A stretch of 64,000 nt of DNA from Elusimicrobiota bacterium (lineage in GTDB: Bacteria; Elusimicrobiota; Elusimicrobia; FEN-1173). The translations under genes and the position numbers were made by a program. The stretch lies in contig JADJJR010000001.1 of NCBI GenBank assembly GCA_016706425.1, positions 491,133-555,132 on the forward strand. The letters are read 5' to 3'. Positions 9,114-18,844 of this stretch are shown here, in pieces (the first letter of the stretch is position 1; each line of letters begins with the position of its first letter). The notes under the pieces are model-generated. The model searched no databases. It worked only from the letters and a program-made list of their open reading frames with translations, and was not told the DNA's origin.

Positions 9114-9944
9114 GTGCTGAAGCAACGAACCCCCCTGCCCGGTTTCGGCCTTTCTCTCGGAATCACGGTTTTTTATCTGGGCGTGATGGTGTTGTTGCCT
9201 TTGGCCGCTCTTTTCGCCACCTCCGGCGCGTTGCCGTGGGAGTCCTTCGCCCGGGCGGCGGGGTCGCCCCGGGCCCTGGCCGCTTTTCGACTCACGGTGG
9301 GGACGTCCGCGCTGGCGGCCGCCCTGAACGTGTTTTTCGGCGGCCTGACGGCCTGGGCGTTGGTGCGCTACCGCTTCCCCGGGAAAAAAATCATCGATGG
9401 TTTGATCGATCTGCCCTTCGCCCTGCCCACCGCCGTGGCCGGCATCACCCTCACCGAGCTTTGCGCCCCGACGGGGTGGTTGGGCCGCCCTTTGGCGGCC
9501 TTGGGGTTGCCCGTCGCTTTCTCCCGCGCGGGCATCGTCATCGCGCTCGTGTTCATCGGGCTGCCCTTTGTCGTGCGCACGCTCCAGCCGGTCCTGGAGG
9601 ACATGGACCGCGACATGGAGGAAGCCGCCTCCACCCTCGGCGCCGGGCGCTGGCAGATCTTTCGTCGGGTGGTGTTCCCGCCCTTGGTCCCCGCGCTCCT
9701 GACCGGTTTCGCGTTGACCTTGGCCCGGGGCATCGGCGAGTACGGCAGCGTGATCTTCATCGCCGGGAACATGCCGCTCAAAACCGAGATCGTCCCGCTC
9801 CTCATCATGACCCGGTTGGAGCAATACGACACCGGCGGCGCGGCCGCGCTCGCAACGGTGCTTCTCCTGGTGTCCTTCGTCCTGCTCTTTTCGATCAACG
9901 CGCTCCAGGCCTGGGCCCGGCGGCGGCAGGGGGCGTCCGCGTGA
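9114..9944 (+). CDS. cysT: Sulfate ABC transporter permease CysT
   Basis: 276 aa, polytopic. An ABC permease EAA-like loop is present (EEAASTLGAGRWQIFRRVVFPPLVPALLTG). It is directly followed by its cysW paralogue. Confidence 0.85.
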   Translation: MLKQRTPLPGFGLSLGITVFYLGVMVLLPLAALFATSGALPWESFARAAGSPRALAAFRLTVGTSALAAALNVFFGGLTAWALVRYRFPGKKIIDGLIDLPFALPTAVAGITLTELCAPTGWLGRPLAALGLPVAFSRAGIVIALVFIGLPFVVRTLQPVLEDMDRDMEEAASTLGAGRWQIFRRVVFPPLVPALLTGFALTLARGIGEYGSVIFIAGNMPLKTEIVPLLIMTRLEQYDTGGAAALATVLLLVSFVLLFSINALQAWARRRQGASA

Positions 9945-10759
9945 ACGACAGCCATTGGGTCCGTCGTCTGGTGTTGGTTGTGGTGTTTGCCTTTTTGGGG
10001 CTTTTTCTGGCGCTGCCGCTGTTGGTCGTTTTCGCCAACGCTTTCGGCGGCGGGGCCGCGGTTTTTGTCGGGGCCCTGGTTCACCCGGACACGCGCGCGG
10101 CCCTCGGCTTGACCCTGGCCGCCGCGGCCGTGGCGGTGCCACTCAACACGCTGTTCGGCCTGGCCGCGGCCTGGGCCGTGACGCGGTTCCGCTTCCCCGG
10201 GAAAAACCTCCTGGTCACGCTCATTGATCTGCCTTTTTCGGTGTCGCCGGTCATCGCCGGCCTTTTGTTCGTGTTGTTGTTCGGCACCCATGGGTGGTTC
10301 GGCCCCTGGCTGGCGTCCCACGGCGTCAAGATCGTCTTCGCCGTGCCGGGGGTGATCCTGGTGACCGCGTTCGTCACCGCGCCCTTCGTCGCGCGCGAGC
10401 TCATCCCGCTCATGCAAACCCAAGGCATCGAGGAGGAGGAGGCCGCGCATGTCCTGGGGGCCAGCGGGGTTCAAATGTTTTGGCGCGTCACCTTGCCTAA
10501 AATCAAATGGGGCCTGCTCTACGGCGTGGTGTTGTCGGCGGCCCGGGCGGTGGGCGAGTTCGGCGCCGTCTCCGTCGTCAGCGGTCACATTCGGGGCAAG
10601 ACCAACACCCTTTCCCTGCACATTGAATCGCTCTACGACGACTACCAGTTCGCCGCGGCCTTCGCTGTGGCGTCGTTGCTGGTGGCCGGGGCGTTGTTGT
10701 CCCTGGTTCTGAAGTCCTGGTTGGAGTATCGCGTCGAACGGCGGGGTCTCTCCCGATAG
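9941..10759 (+). CDS. cysW: Sulfate ABC transporter permease CysW
   Basis: The GTG at 9941 overlaps the cysT stop (GTGA). 272 aa with the CysW-type motif (EEEAAHVLGASGVQMFWRVTLPKIKWGLLYGVVLSAARAVGEFGAV). The track ORF 9107..10759 is an artefactual upstream extension. Confidence 0.85.
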   Translation: MNDSHWVRRLVLVVVFAFLGLFLALPLLVVFANAFGGGAAVFVGALVHPDTRAALGLTLAAAAVAVPLNTLFGLAAAWAVTRFRFPGKNLLVTLIDLPFSVSPVIAGLLFVLLFGTHGWFGPWLASHGVKIVFAVPGVILVTAFVTAPFVARELIPLMQTQGIEEEEAAHVLGASGVQMFWRVTLPKIKWGLLYGVVLSAARAVGEFGAVSVVSGHIRGKTNTLSLHIESLYDDYQFAAAFAVASLLVAGALLSLVLKSWLEYRVERRGLSR

Positions 10760-10827
10760 GTCCGAGGCGTTGAAAACCGACGCTTCGCCGTGTAGGCTTG
10801 AAGACCCTTTTCACACAGGAGGTTTCC

Positions 10828-11772
10828 GTGGGCAAGCTCGAAGATCGCGTGGCGGAGGCGGGGCAACTGCTGGGGCTGCCGCCCCGCTTGAACGCCCGAG
10901 TCCCTTTTGGCGTCAAAGATTCGTTCCCGGTTCAATTGTCCGTTGTAAAAAAAGGCGATTCCCAGGCGTTCCAGTTGATCGTCCGCTGGGACGCCCCGAC
11001 CAAAGACGCTCTGGTCGTCGAACGGCTGAAAACCTCCTCCGCCCTCACGGAGGCGAAGGTCAAGGGGTCCGACGTCAAAGTGGAGAACGGTCTGTTGGTC
11101 TACACGTTGGGGTTGGCTTTCTCTTTTGGAACGCCTTCGGCCGAATCGCTCGTTCAGCGGGTGCGGGCCCTCCTGGACGAGGTGAAAGCCGCCGTGGGCG
11201 CGGCGGCGGTCGCCTGCCGCGCCTGCGGCCAGGGGACCCCCGAGGTCGCGCTGGTGAACGGCGTGGTGGACCGGATTTGCGCCGGGTGCCTGCAGAAGGC
11301 CGACACCGAGGCCCGGGCCCTGCAAGAGGCCTACGACGCCCTGCCCACGCGGTGGGGGCGGGCGATCCTGGTCGGGGGCGTTCTGGCCCTTGTCGGCGCG
11401 GTGTTGTGGGACGCCGTTCTCTTTTGGACCCAACGCATGTTTTGGCTTTTGGCCATCGCCATCGGCGGCGCCATCGGCTGGGGCACCACGAAGGCGGCGG
11501 GCAAGGGCGGCCGGGGGGTTCAATTCCTGGCGGGGGCCTTCACCTTAGTGTCCGTGGTCGGGGCGATGGTCGCCCTGTACGCGTTTGTCGCGATGGGGTC
11601 TTCCTTTGAAAACGGCCAATGGAACGCCGCCCTCTTTTGGGGCCAACTGCGGGAGGCGGTGGTCCAGGCCTGGGGCGATTTGGCCTTCACGGCCGCCGGC
11701 GCATTGATCGGCGCCTGGGTCGCCGCCGGCGCGGCGGGCAAACCGACGTTTCAAGTGACCGTGGAAAAATAA
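10828..11772 (+). CDS. Hypothetical membrane protein with an N-terminal soluble domain, a CxxC...CxxC zinc-ribbon-like motif and several TM helices
   Basis: GTG start with AGGAGG 7 nt upstream. The cysteine motifs read CRACGQG...RICAGC. Four predicted TM helices are rich in G, A and W. No family recognised. Confidence 0.5.
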   Translation: MGKLEDRVAEAGQLLGLPPRLNARVPFGVKDSFPVQLSVVKKGDSQAFQLIVRWDAPTKDALVVERLKTSSALTEAKVKGSDVKVENGLLVYTLGLAFSFGTPSAESLVQRVRALLDEVKAAVGAAAVACRACGQGTPEVALVNGVVDRICAGCLQKADTEARALQEAYDALPTRWGRAILVGGVLALVGAVLWDAVLFWTQRMFWLLAIAIGGAIGWGTTKAAGKGGRGVQFLAGAFTLVSVVGAMVALYAFVAMGSSFENGQWNAALFWGQLREAVVQAWGDLAFTAAGALIGAWVAAGAAGKPTFQVTVEK

Positions 11773-11813
11773 TCCCGTCATCCCGCCCGGGGCCAAAGAG
11801 GTATGATAGAGGC

Positions 11814-12569
11814 ATGCGGTCCTGGGTCCTCGCCCCGCTGTTGGTGTTGGCAAGCCCCGGGGTCTCCCGCGCCGAAATGTTTGTCGATGTTCTGGGCGGG
11901 GGTCTCAACACCGGCCGCGCCTCCGTCGATTGGGTCGAAGAGACCAACGGCGTCCCCACCGCGTCGGGTTCGTTACAAACCACGTTAAAAAAAGGAACTC
12001 TCGTCGGCTTCCGTGCCGGGGGCTGGGTCGAGACCGCTCCGAACTTCGGCCTCGGGATGGAGCTGTCCCACGGCAAGCTCGAGGGGGAAGGCGTCGAGGC
12101 CCTTGTCCTGCCCCTGTCGTTTTTTGTGGCCGGGCGCGCCCGCCTGTTTGCCAACGCCAAATACCCGCACGGGCGCCTGCAACCCTACGCTTTGGGGGGT
12201 CTAAGCATCACTTTCACCCGCCTTCAGCTCGATTCCAGCGCCTTGGGATGGAGCGGCATGGCCGGCGACGATTACGGGGAAAAACCGCCCACGGGCGCCT
12301 ACTTCGCCTTGGGGGCCGCGGGGGCGCTGACACCGAACCTCTTCCTCTTCGCCGAAGTCCGCCCCGGCACGCTCTCGGGCGAGGACGACGAAGTCCTCAG
12401 CTACATTTTTCCGTCCATACACCGCCGAATTGATTTTTCCTTTCACGCCACCCGCTGGGTGGTGGGAATTTCCCGGCGCTTCACGGTGCCGACCGGCGGC
12501 CGCCCCGCGGTTCCGGCGGCCCCTCCTTCGCCAGCCCCGCCTCCATCGACGGAAGAATTGCGGTTTTAA
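11814..12569 (+). CDS. Outer-membrane beta-barrel protein (OmpA-like or small porin family)
   Basis: The signal peptide MRSWVLAPLLVLASPGVSRA is followed by alternating hydrophobic beta-strand patterns. Aromatic girdle residues are present and the C-terminal residue is F (...EELRF). Confidence 0.55.
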   Translation: MRSWVLAPLLVLASPGVSRAEMFVDVLGGGLNTGRASVDWVEETNGVPTASGSLQTTLKKGTLVGFRAGGWVETAPNFGLGMELSHGKLEGEGVEALVLPLSFFVAGRARLFANAKYPHGRLQPYALGGLSITFTRLQLDSSALGWSGMAGDDYGEKPPTGAYFALGAAGALTPNLFLFAEVRPGTLSGEDDEVLSYIFPSIHRRIDFSFHATRWVVGISRRFTVPTGGRPAVPAAPPSPAPPPSTEELRF

Positions 12570-12593
12570 CGAAAGGGATGCATAATTAAGAGG

Positions 12594-12989
12594 ATGAAAC
12601 GATTCGCCGGGAGCGTCTTAACCGCTGTGTTCCTCGTGGGGGCCTTCGCCCTCCCGGGGAAGGTCTGCCCCAGCGCCCACGGTCGGCCCGTGGCCCGCGC
12701 GGCCGAAACCGACCTCCCGCCCTGTCATCGGGCCGCGCGACAAAACCCCTCCGCCACGCCCTGTGACCAAATGGTTTGTTGTCTGGTCCCCGAGGCGGAA
12801 CGTTCCGCCGTTCTTCCTCCCGCGCTCCCGGCGCCCACCGCTCTGTGGGTGGGCCGGACTCTGGAAACGGTGGAGCCCGGACCGATCTTTGATCGGGTCG
12901 TTGACGCCGTTTTTTTTCACCCCCCGCCCGGCGTCTCCGCCGGGTTTCGTCTCGCCTTTTCCCTTCGCGCCCCGCCCGCCTCGGCCTAA
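12594..12989 (+). CDS. Small secreted Cys-containing hypothetical protein upstream of czcC
   Basis: The RBS AAGAGG precedes it. The signal peptide MKRFAGSVLTAVFLVGAFALPG is followed by five Cys in the mature part. Codon usage is coding-like. The position mirrors small periplasmic accessory genes of czc/cus operons. Confidence 0.4.
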   Translation: MKRFAGSVLTAVFLVGAFALPGKVCPSAHGRPVARAAETDLPPCHRAARQNPSATPCDQMVCCLVPEAERSAVLPPALPAPTALWVGRTLETVEPGPIFDRVVDAVFFHPPPGVSAGFRLAFSLRAPPASA

Positions 12990-13072
12990 CGCCGGGGCCC
13001 GGGCTTTTCTTCCACATCCCTAAATAATTTTCGCCCGCCCCGCTGGGATCACCTTTTCCATAGGAGCGTGCG

Positions 13073-14311
13073 ATGAAACATTGGATTTTCCTTTTTCTTT
13101 TCCTGCCGTGCGGGGTTCGGTCCCTAGGGGCTGTCCCGTTGGAGACCGTTCTGATCGAGGTCGAGGCGGCGAACCCGGGTCTGGCCGCCCTGCGGGCCGA
13201 AGCGCGGGCCCTGGCGGCGGAGGCGCGGGCCCGGGGGACGTGGCCCGATCCGGAGGTCGGGCGCGCCTGGGAGAAAACCCCCGCCGGCGACCGCATGACC
13301 CATTGGCGCACGTCGCAAACGGTGCCTTTCCCCGGAAAAAAGTCCCTGGAAGCGGCGGTGGCGCGGCAGGGGGCGCGGGCCGCCGACGCTGGGGTTCGTC
13401 AACAGGCCCTCGCGCTGCGGGCCGAAGCCCGGGCCCTGGCCGCACGGGTCGCCCGGGGGGACGCGGTCATCGCCCGTTGGACGGAACAGCGAGATCTTGT
13501 GAGCGGGCTTATGGCGTCCTTGCGGGGGCGGGTCGCGGGCGTTCGGGGCGGCATGGAAACCGGCGGCGGGCCGGTCCTGGACCTCTATGCGCTGGAGGCC
13601 GAACGCGGCCGCATGGACAACATGATCCGCATGGAACGGCTGGAACGGGACACGGCGTTGTTCCGATTGAACGCGCTTGCGGGGCGGCCGTGCACCGCGC
13701 CCTGGTCCATCGAGCCGAGCCCCCTGGCCGAACCGCCCGCCGTGGACGTTCTGTTGGAACGGGCCGGGCGCGAGAACCCCTCCCTGGCCGCGGCCCGCGC
13801 CCGGGCGCACGGCGGCGACCTCGAAAAAACGCGGGCCCGCCTCGATTGGGCGCCGGACATCGGTCTCATGTGGGACGAACAGCGCATGGACGACGCGCGG
13901 GGGCGGGAAGCCGGCGTCTCCTTGATGCTGCCGCTGTGGGGCGCGCCGCGGGGGGCAAACCGCGCGGCGGGCGCCCGGACCGCGGCGGCCGAGGCTGAGC
14001 GGGCGGCCATGCAAAACGAGGTTGCCCGGGATGTCCGGACGGAGCACACCGAAGTCCGGACGCGCCTGGACGCGGTCCGGTCCTACGAGCGGGACATTCT
14101 GCCCGCGTCCCGCAGCGCCCTCGCCTTGACCCGCCGTCAATACGAAGCCGGCCGCGCCGACTTTCTCCGCATGCTGGAGGCGTTGCGGAGCGCGTCGCAG
14201 GCGGAGGTGGAACACCAAGACGCGCTCCACGAATACGCGCGCCATTGGGGCATGTTGGAAGTCGCCGCGGGCGCCCCCTTGGACCCTTTACCGACAGGAG
14301 ATCGACGATGA
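13073..14311 (+). CDS. czcC: Outer-membrane efflux protein (TolC-like OMF) of a heavy-metal RND system, CzcC/CusC-like
   Basis: 412 aa with a signal peptide. Two OEP-like helical repeats carry conserved L..A......A motifs (AANPGLAALRAEARA...). It sits first in a C-B-A RND operon. Confidence 0.8.
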   Translation: MKHWIFLFLFLPCGVRSLGAVPLETVLIEVEAANPGLAALRAEARALAAEARARGTWPDPEVGRAWEKTPAGDRMTHWRTSQTVPFPGKKSLEAAVARQGARAADAGVRQQALALRAEARALAARVARGDAVIARWTEQRDLVSGLMASLRGRVAGVRGGMETGGGPVLDLYALEAERGRMDNMIRMERLERDTALFRLNALAGRPCTAPWSIEPSPLAEPPAVDVLLERAGRENPSLAAARARAHGGDLEKTRARLDWAPDIGLMWDEQRMDDARGREAGVSLMLPLWGAPRGANRAAGARTAAAEAERAAMQNEVARDVRTEHTEVRTRLDAVRSYERDILPASRSALALTRRQYEAGRADFLRMLEALRSASQAEVEHQDALHEYARHWGMLEVAAGAPLDPLPTGDRR

Positions 14312-15324
14312 AAACCTTGATATTGGCGATGGGATTGCTGACGGGCGCCGTTCTTTTCACGGCCTGCGCGCCGGCGTCCGCCCCCAGCGACGTTAAAAAA
14401 GCGATGGTCCACTGCCCCATGCATCCGACGTACACGTCGGACCGGCCCGGGGAATGCCCCATCTGCCACATGAGCCTGGTGCCCATCGAACCGGCGGCCC
14501 CCGCGGCCGACGGCGCGCCGGCGATGGCGGACCGCGCCGAGGTCTTCGTTCCCGCCGACAAGGAACAGTGGATCGGCGTACGGACGGCCCCGGTGGAAAC
14601 CCGGGACCTCGAATTGTGGGTGCGGGCCAGCGCCCGGGTCTCCCACGACCCGGATCTCTTCGCCGCTTTGGCGGAACACCGCGAGGTGCTCGCCACCCGG
14701 GAACGGGACGGCGCGCGCGCCGAGGAATTGTTGCGCTCATCGCGCCTGCGGCTGGCCCAATTCGGCCTGACCGAGGGACAAATGGACCGCATGGCCCGGG
14801 CGGGGGGCGCGGGTCTTCTGGCCGGCACGGGGCCGGGGCTCGTGTACGTCCAGGTTTACGAGGACGAGGCGGGGGTCGTCAAGCCCGGCCAATCCGTGGA
14901 CTTGACCTCCCCCGCGCTGCCAGGCGAAACCTTGAGGGGCCGGGTGGAGTCCCTCGACCGGGTGGTGGACCCGGCGACGCGGACCTTGCGGGCGCGCGTG
15001 CGCGTCGCCGCGGGGGCGGAGCGCCTGCGGCCGGAAATGTTCCTCGAGGCGGTCCTCCATGTCTCCCTGGGAAAGCGCCGCGTCCTGCCCAAGGAGGCCG
15101 TGATCGACACGGGTCTGCGCCGCCTTGTCTACGTCAAGACCGCCCCGGGGCATTACAGGCCCCGCGAAGTCACGCTCGGCCGCGAGGGGGAGGACGCCTT
15201 CGAGGTGTTGGCGGGGGTGGCGGACGGGGACGAGGTGGTGGCGTCGGCCCAATTCCTGATCGACTCGGAATCGCGGCTCAAGGCGGTGGTGGGCCCGGCG
15301 ACCGGCGGACACGCCCATGATTAA
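14308..15324 (+). CDS. czcB: Efflux RND periplasmic adaptor (membrane fusion protein) with an N-terminal metal-binding motif, CzcB/CusB-like
   Basis: The ATG at 14308 overlaps the czcC stop. A lipoprotein-like signal reads LFTAC. The motif HCPMHPTYTSDRPGECPICHM is typical of CusB/CzcB/SilB N-termini. An MFP barrel-sandwich signature follows. Confidence 0.8.
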   Translation: MKTLILAMGLLTGAVLFTACAPASAPSDVKKAMVHCPMHPTYTSDRPGECPICHMSLVPIEPAAPAADGAPAMADRAEVFVPADKEQWIGVRTAPVETRDLELWVRASARVSHDPDLFAALAEHREVLATRERDGARAEELLRSSRLRLAQFGLTEGQMDRMARAGGAGLLAGTGPGLVYVQVYEDEAGVVKPGQSVDLTSPALPGETLRGRVESLDRVVDPATRTLRARVRVAAGAERLRPEMFLEAVLHVSLGKRRVLPKEAVIDTGLRRLVYVKTAPGHYRPREVTLGREGEDAFEVLAGVADGDEVVASAQFLIDSESRLKAVVGPATGGHAHD

Positions 15325-18300
15325 TAAAATCATCGCTTTTTCGGCCCACAACAAGTTTCTGGTCCTTCTCCTGACCTTGATCGGGGCCCTGGCGGCCACC
15401 TGGTGCGTCAAGAACGTGCCCCTGGACGCGTTGCCCGATTTGTCGGACACACAGGTCATCGTCTATTCCCAATGGGACCGAAGCCCGGACATCATTGAGG
15501 ACCAGGTCACCTACCCCATCGTGTCCTCCCTTTTGGGCGCCCCCCGGGTGAAGGCGGTGCGCGGGTTCTCGGATTTCGGGTTTTCCTACGTCTACGTGAT
15601 CTTCCAAGACGGGACCGATCTCTATTGGGCGCGGAGCCGCGTGTTGGAATATTTGTCGAAGATCCAGTCGCGCCTGCCCGACGGGGTCAAGACGGAGCTG
15701 GGCCCCGACGCCACCGGCGTGGGGTGGGTGTACCAATACGCCCTCGTCGATAAAACCGGTCGGCACGACCTGGCCCAGCTGCGGGGTTTCCAGGACTGGA
15801 CCCTCCGCTATTGGTTGCAATCGGTGCCGGGCGTGGCCGAGGTGGCGTCCCTGGGGGGCTTTCAAAAACAATACCAGGTGAACGTGAACCCCCACGCCCT
15901 GGCGGCCCACGGGGTGCCGCTCCTGAAGGTCGTCGAGGCCGTGCGCCAGGGCAACAACGATGTCGGGGCCCGGCTGGTGGAATTCGCCGGCGCGGAATAC
16001 ATGGTCCGCGGGCGGGGTTACGCCCGGGGGGTCGCCGACATTGAAAACATCGCGGTGGGGCGGGGCGCGGACGGCACGCCGGTGTTGGTGAAAAATGTCG
16101 CCCGCGTGGTCGTGGGGCCCGACATCCGCCGGGGGGTGGCCGACCTGGACGGTCTGGGGGAAACCGTGGGCGGGATCGTGGTCATGCGCTCGGGGGAAAA
16201 CGCCCTCAACGTGATTGACCGGGTGAAGGCCAAGATCCGGGATGTGAAGGCGTCCCTCCCCGAAGGGATGGAGATCGTTCCCGTCTACGACCGGTCGGAT
16301 CTCATTCACCGGGCCATCGACACCCTCACGCACGAATTGGTCCTGGCCATGATCGTCGTGAGCGTGGTGATCCTCCTGTTCCTCTGGCACATTCCGTCGG
16401 CGCTCGTGCCCATCCTCACCATCCCGGTGAGCGTGTTGCTGGCTTTCATCCCCATGTACGGCTTGGGGCTCACGACCAACATCATGTCCCTGGCCGGCAT
16501 CGCCATCTCCATCGGGGTCCTCGTGGACGGGGCCATCGTCGAGGTGGAAAACGCCTACAAGCGTCTCGAGGAATGGGAGGCCGGAGGACGGAAGGGGGAC
16601 TTTCACGCCGTGCGTTTGGCCGCGCTCCAGGAAGTGGGTCCGTCGGTGTTCTTTTCCCTGCTCGTGATCGCGGTGGCCTTCCTCCCCATCTTCACCTTGG
16701 TGGACCAGGAGGGGCGGCTCTTTAAACCCCTGGCCACCACGAAGAACCTGACGATGTTCCTGGCGGCGGTCCTGGCGATCACTCTCGACCCGGCCATGCG
16801 CATGCTCTTCACGCGCATGAACCCCTGGCGGTTCAAACCGGCCTGGGCCGCCCGGATCGCGAACGCCGTGACGGTCGGGACCTATTACCCGGAGGAGAAA
16901 CACCCCGTCAGCCGGCGCCTCTTCGCCCTTTACGACCCCGTCTGCCGATGGACCCTGCGGCATCCCATGCGCACGCTCGGGGCCGCGCTCCTGTTGATGG
17001 CGGCGACGGCGCCGGTTTTTTTCAAGCTCGGGTCCGAGTTCATGCCGCCCTTGAATGAGGGCGTCCTGCTTTACATGCCGACCACGATGCCGGGGATTTC
17101 CGTCACCGAGGCCCAGCGGCTGCTGCAGACCCAGGACAAAATCCTCAAAAGCTTTCCCGAAGTCGACCGGGTGCTCGGCAAGGCGGGGCGCGCCGAGACC
17201 GCCACGGACCCCGCGCCCTTTTCCATGATGGAGACGACGGTGGTCCTCCAGCCCAAGGGAAAATGGCGAAAGGAATTCGGCGGGGAATTGGATCGGTTGG
17301 TCGCCGCGCTGGACAAGGCCCTCAAGTTGCCCGGGGTGGTCAACGCCTGGACGATGCCGATCAAGGCCCGCATCGACATGCTCACCACCGGCGTTCGCAC
17401 GCCCGTGGGGATCAAGGTGTTCGGCGACGACCTGGGAAAAATCGAAAAAGTGGGGGCCGAACTCGAGCGGTTGCTGCCCGCCGTCCCGGGCACGCGCAGC
17501 GTCTACGCCGAGCGGGCCGCGGGCGGTTACTTCCTCGATGTGGACCTGCGGCGGGACCGGCTGGCCCGTTTCGGGCTCACCGTGGAGGAGGCGCAAAGGG
17601 TGTTGATGTCGGCGGTCGGTGGGGAGACCGTCACGACGACCATCGAGGGCCGCGAACGTTACGGGGTGAGCGTGCGCTACGCCCGGGAATTCCGCGATGA
17701 TTTGCCCAAATTGAAGAGGGTGCTCGTGACCGCGATGTCCGGGGCCCAGGTGCCCCTGGGCCAATTGGCGGAGTTCCGCCTGGTGGCGGGACCCGCCATG
17801 ATCCGCGACGAGGACGGGCAATTGGCGGGCTACGTTTACGTCGATATCGAGGGCCGCGACGTGGGCGGGTACGTCGAGGCCGCGAAGAAACGGGTGGACG
17901 AGGGGCTGTCCTTGCCCCCGGGGATCGCCTTGGTTTGGAGCGGGCAATACGAAAATATGTTGCGGGTGCGACAACGGCTCAAAATCGTGGTCCCCGTGAC
18001 GCTCTTCCTGATTTTCGTCCTGCTCTACATGAACACGGGTTCCGCCGCCAAGACCTGGATCGTTCTGTTGGCCGTGCCGTTTTCCATGGTCGGCGCGGTG
18101 TGGTTGCTTTGGGCGTTGGATTACAACCTGTCCATCGCCGTGGGAGTGGGGCTCATCGCGCTGTTGGGCCTGGACGCCGAAACCGGGGTTTTCATGCTCC
18201 TTTACTTGGACCTTTCGTACGAAGACGCCAAAAAGCGCGGGGGCCTGGGACGCCCCGGCGCTCTGGAGGAGGCCCTCGTGCACGGCGCCGTCAAGCGCAT

Positions 18301-18499
18301 CCGCCCCAAACTCATGACGGTCCTGACGTCCATGGTCGGTCTGTTGCCCATCATGTTCAGTTCCGGCACCGGGGCCGATATGATGAAGCGCGTCGCCGCG
18401 CCGCTCGTCGGTGGCCTCGCGACGAGTTTCGTCCTGGAATTGTTGGTGTACCCGCCGCTTTACCTGCTGTGGAAACGACGCAAAGGAGACAACGCATGA
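15317..18499 (+). CDS. czcA: Heavy-metal efflux RND pump, CusA/CzcA (HME-RND) family
   Basis: 1060 aa with 12 TM helices. The N-terminus MINKIIAFSAHNKFLVLLLTLIGALAATWCVKNVPLDALPDLSDTQVIVYSQW is a hallmark of CusA/CzcA. Confidence 0.9.
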   Translation: MINKIIAFSAHNKFLVLLLTLIGALAATWCVKNVPLDALPDLSDTQVIVYSQWDRSPDIIEDQVTYPIVSSLLGAPRVKAVRGFSDFGFSYVYVIFQDGTDLYWARSRVLEYLSKIQSRLPDGVKTELGPDATGVGWVYQYALVDKTGRHDLAQLRGFQDWTLRYWLQSVPGVAEVASLGGFQKQYQVNVNPHALAAHGVPLLKVVEAVRQGNNDVGARLVEFAGAEYMVRGRGYARGVADIENIAVGRGADGTPVLVKNVARVVVGPDIRRGVADLDGLGETVGGIVVMRSGENALNVIDRVKAKIRDVKASLPEGMEIVPVYDRSDLIHRAIDTLTHELVLAMIVVSVVILLFLWHIPSALVPILTIPVSVLLAFIPMYGLGLTTNIMSLAGIAISIGVLVDGAIVEVENAYKRLEEWEAGGRKGDFHAVRLAALQEVGPSVFFSLLVIAVAFLPIFTLVDQEGRLFKPLATTKNLTMFLAAVLAITLDPAMRMLFTRMNPWRFKPAWAARIANAVTVGTYYPEEKHPVSRRLFALYDPVCRWTLRHPMRTLGAALLLMAATAPVFFKLGSEFMPPLNEGVLLYMPTTMPGISVTEAQRLLQTQDKILKSFPEVDRVLGKAGRAETATDPAPFSMMETTVVLQPKGKWRKEFGGELDRLVAALDKALKLPGVVNAWTMPIKARIDMLTTGVRTPVGIKVFGDDLGKIEKVGAELERLLPAVPGTRSVYAERAAGGYFLDVDLRRDRLARFGLTVEEAQRVLMSAVGGETVTTTIEGRERYGVSVRYAREFRDDLPKLKRVLVTAMSGAQVPLGQLAEFRLVAGPAMIRDEDGQLAGYVYVDIEGRDVGGYVEAAKKRVDEGLSLPPGIALVWSGQYENMLRVRQRLKIVVPVTLFLIFVLLYMNTGSAAKTWIVLLAVPFSMVGAVWLLWALDYNLSIAVGVGLIALLGLDAETGVFMLLYLDLSYEDAKKRGGLGRPGALEEALVHGAVKRIRPKLMTVLTSMVGLLPIMFSSGTGADMMKRVAAPLVGGLATSFVLELLVYPPLYLLWKRRKGDNA

Positions 18500-18837
18500 A
18501 AAAGCGCGTTCTGTGGGGAACGTTGTTGTTGGGGGGGATGACCGCCGTCGCGGCGCCCGTGAAAAAAGCGGCGCCGCTCGCGCCGGGGGAATACGGGGCG
18601 ACGCTCCCCGCCTTCGTCTGCGGCGGGTGCGCCGAATGGGTCCAAAGCCGTCTGGAAAAAGACAAGCGCCTGACGGCCGTGGCCGTCGACCCGATCCCCC
18701 GGGCGTTGCGGTTTCGGGTCAAGCCCGGCCCCGGTGTGACGTCCGCCGAACTTCAAGAGGTCCTCGACGGGGCCGCGACCCAAATGGGCATGGGGGCGGA
18801 TTACACGATGAAGAATTTGAAACCGCGGGGGCGCTGA
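18496..18837 (+). CDS. Small periplasmic HMA-like metal-binding protein (CGGC motif), candidate metallochaperone of the RND system
   Basis: The ATG overlaps the czcA stop (ATGA). The signal peptide is MKKRVLWGTLLLGGMTAVAA. The ferredoxin-like HMA pattern ATLPAFVCGGCAEWVQSRLEKDKRLTAVAVD...ALRFRV follows. The track ORF 17935..18837 is over-extended. Confidence 0.5.
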   Translation: MKKRVLWGTLLLGGMTAVAAPVKKAAPLAPGEYGATLPAFVCGGCAEWVQSRLEKDKRLTAVAVDPIPRALRFRVKPGPGVTSAELQEVLDGAATQMGMGADYTMKNLKPRGR

Positions 18838-18844
18838 GAGGGGG

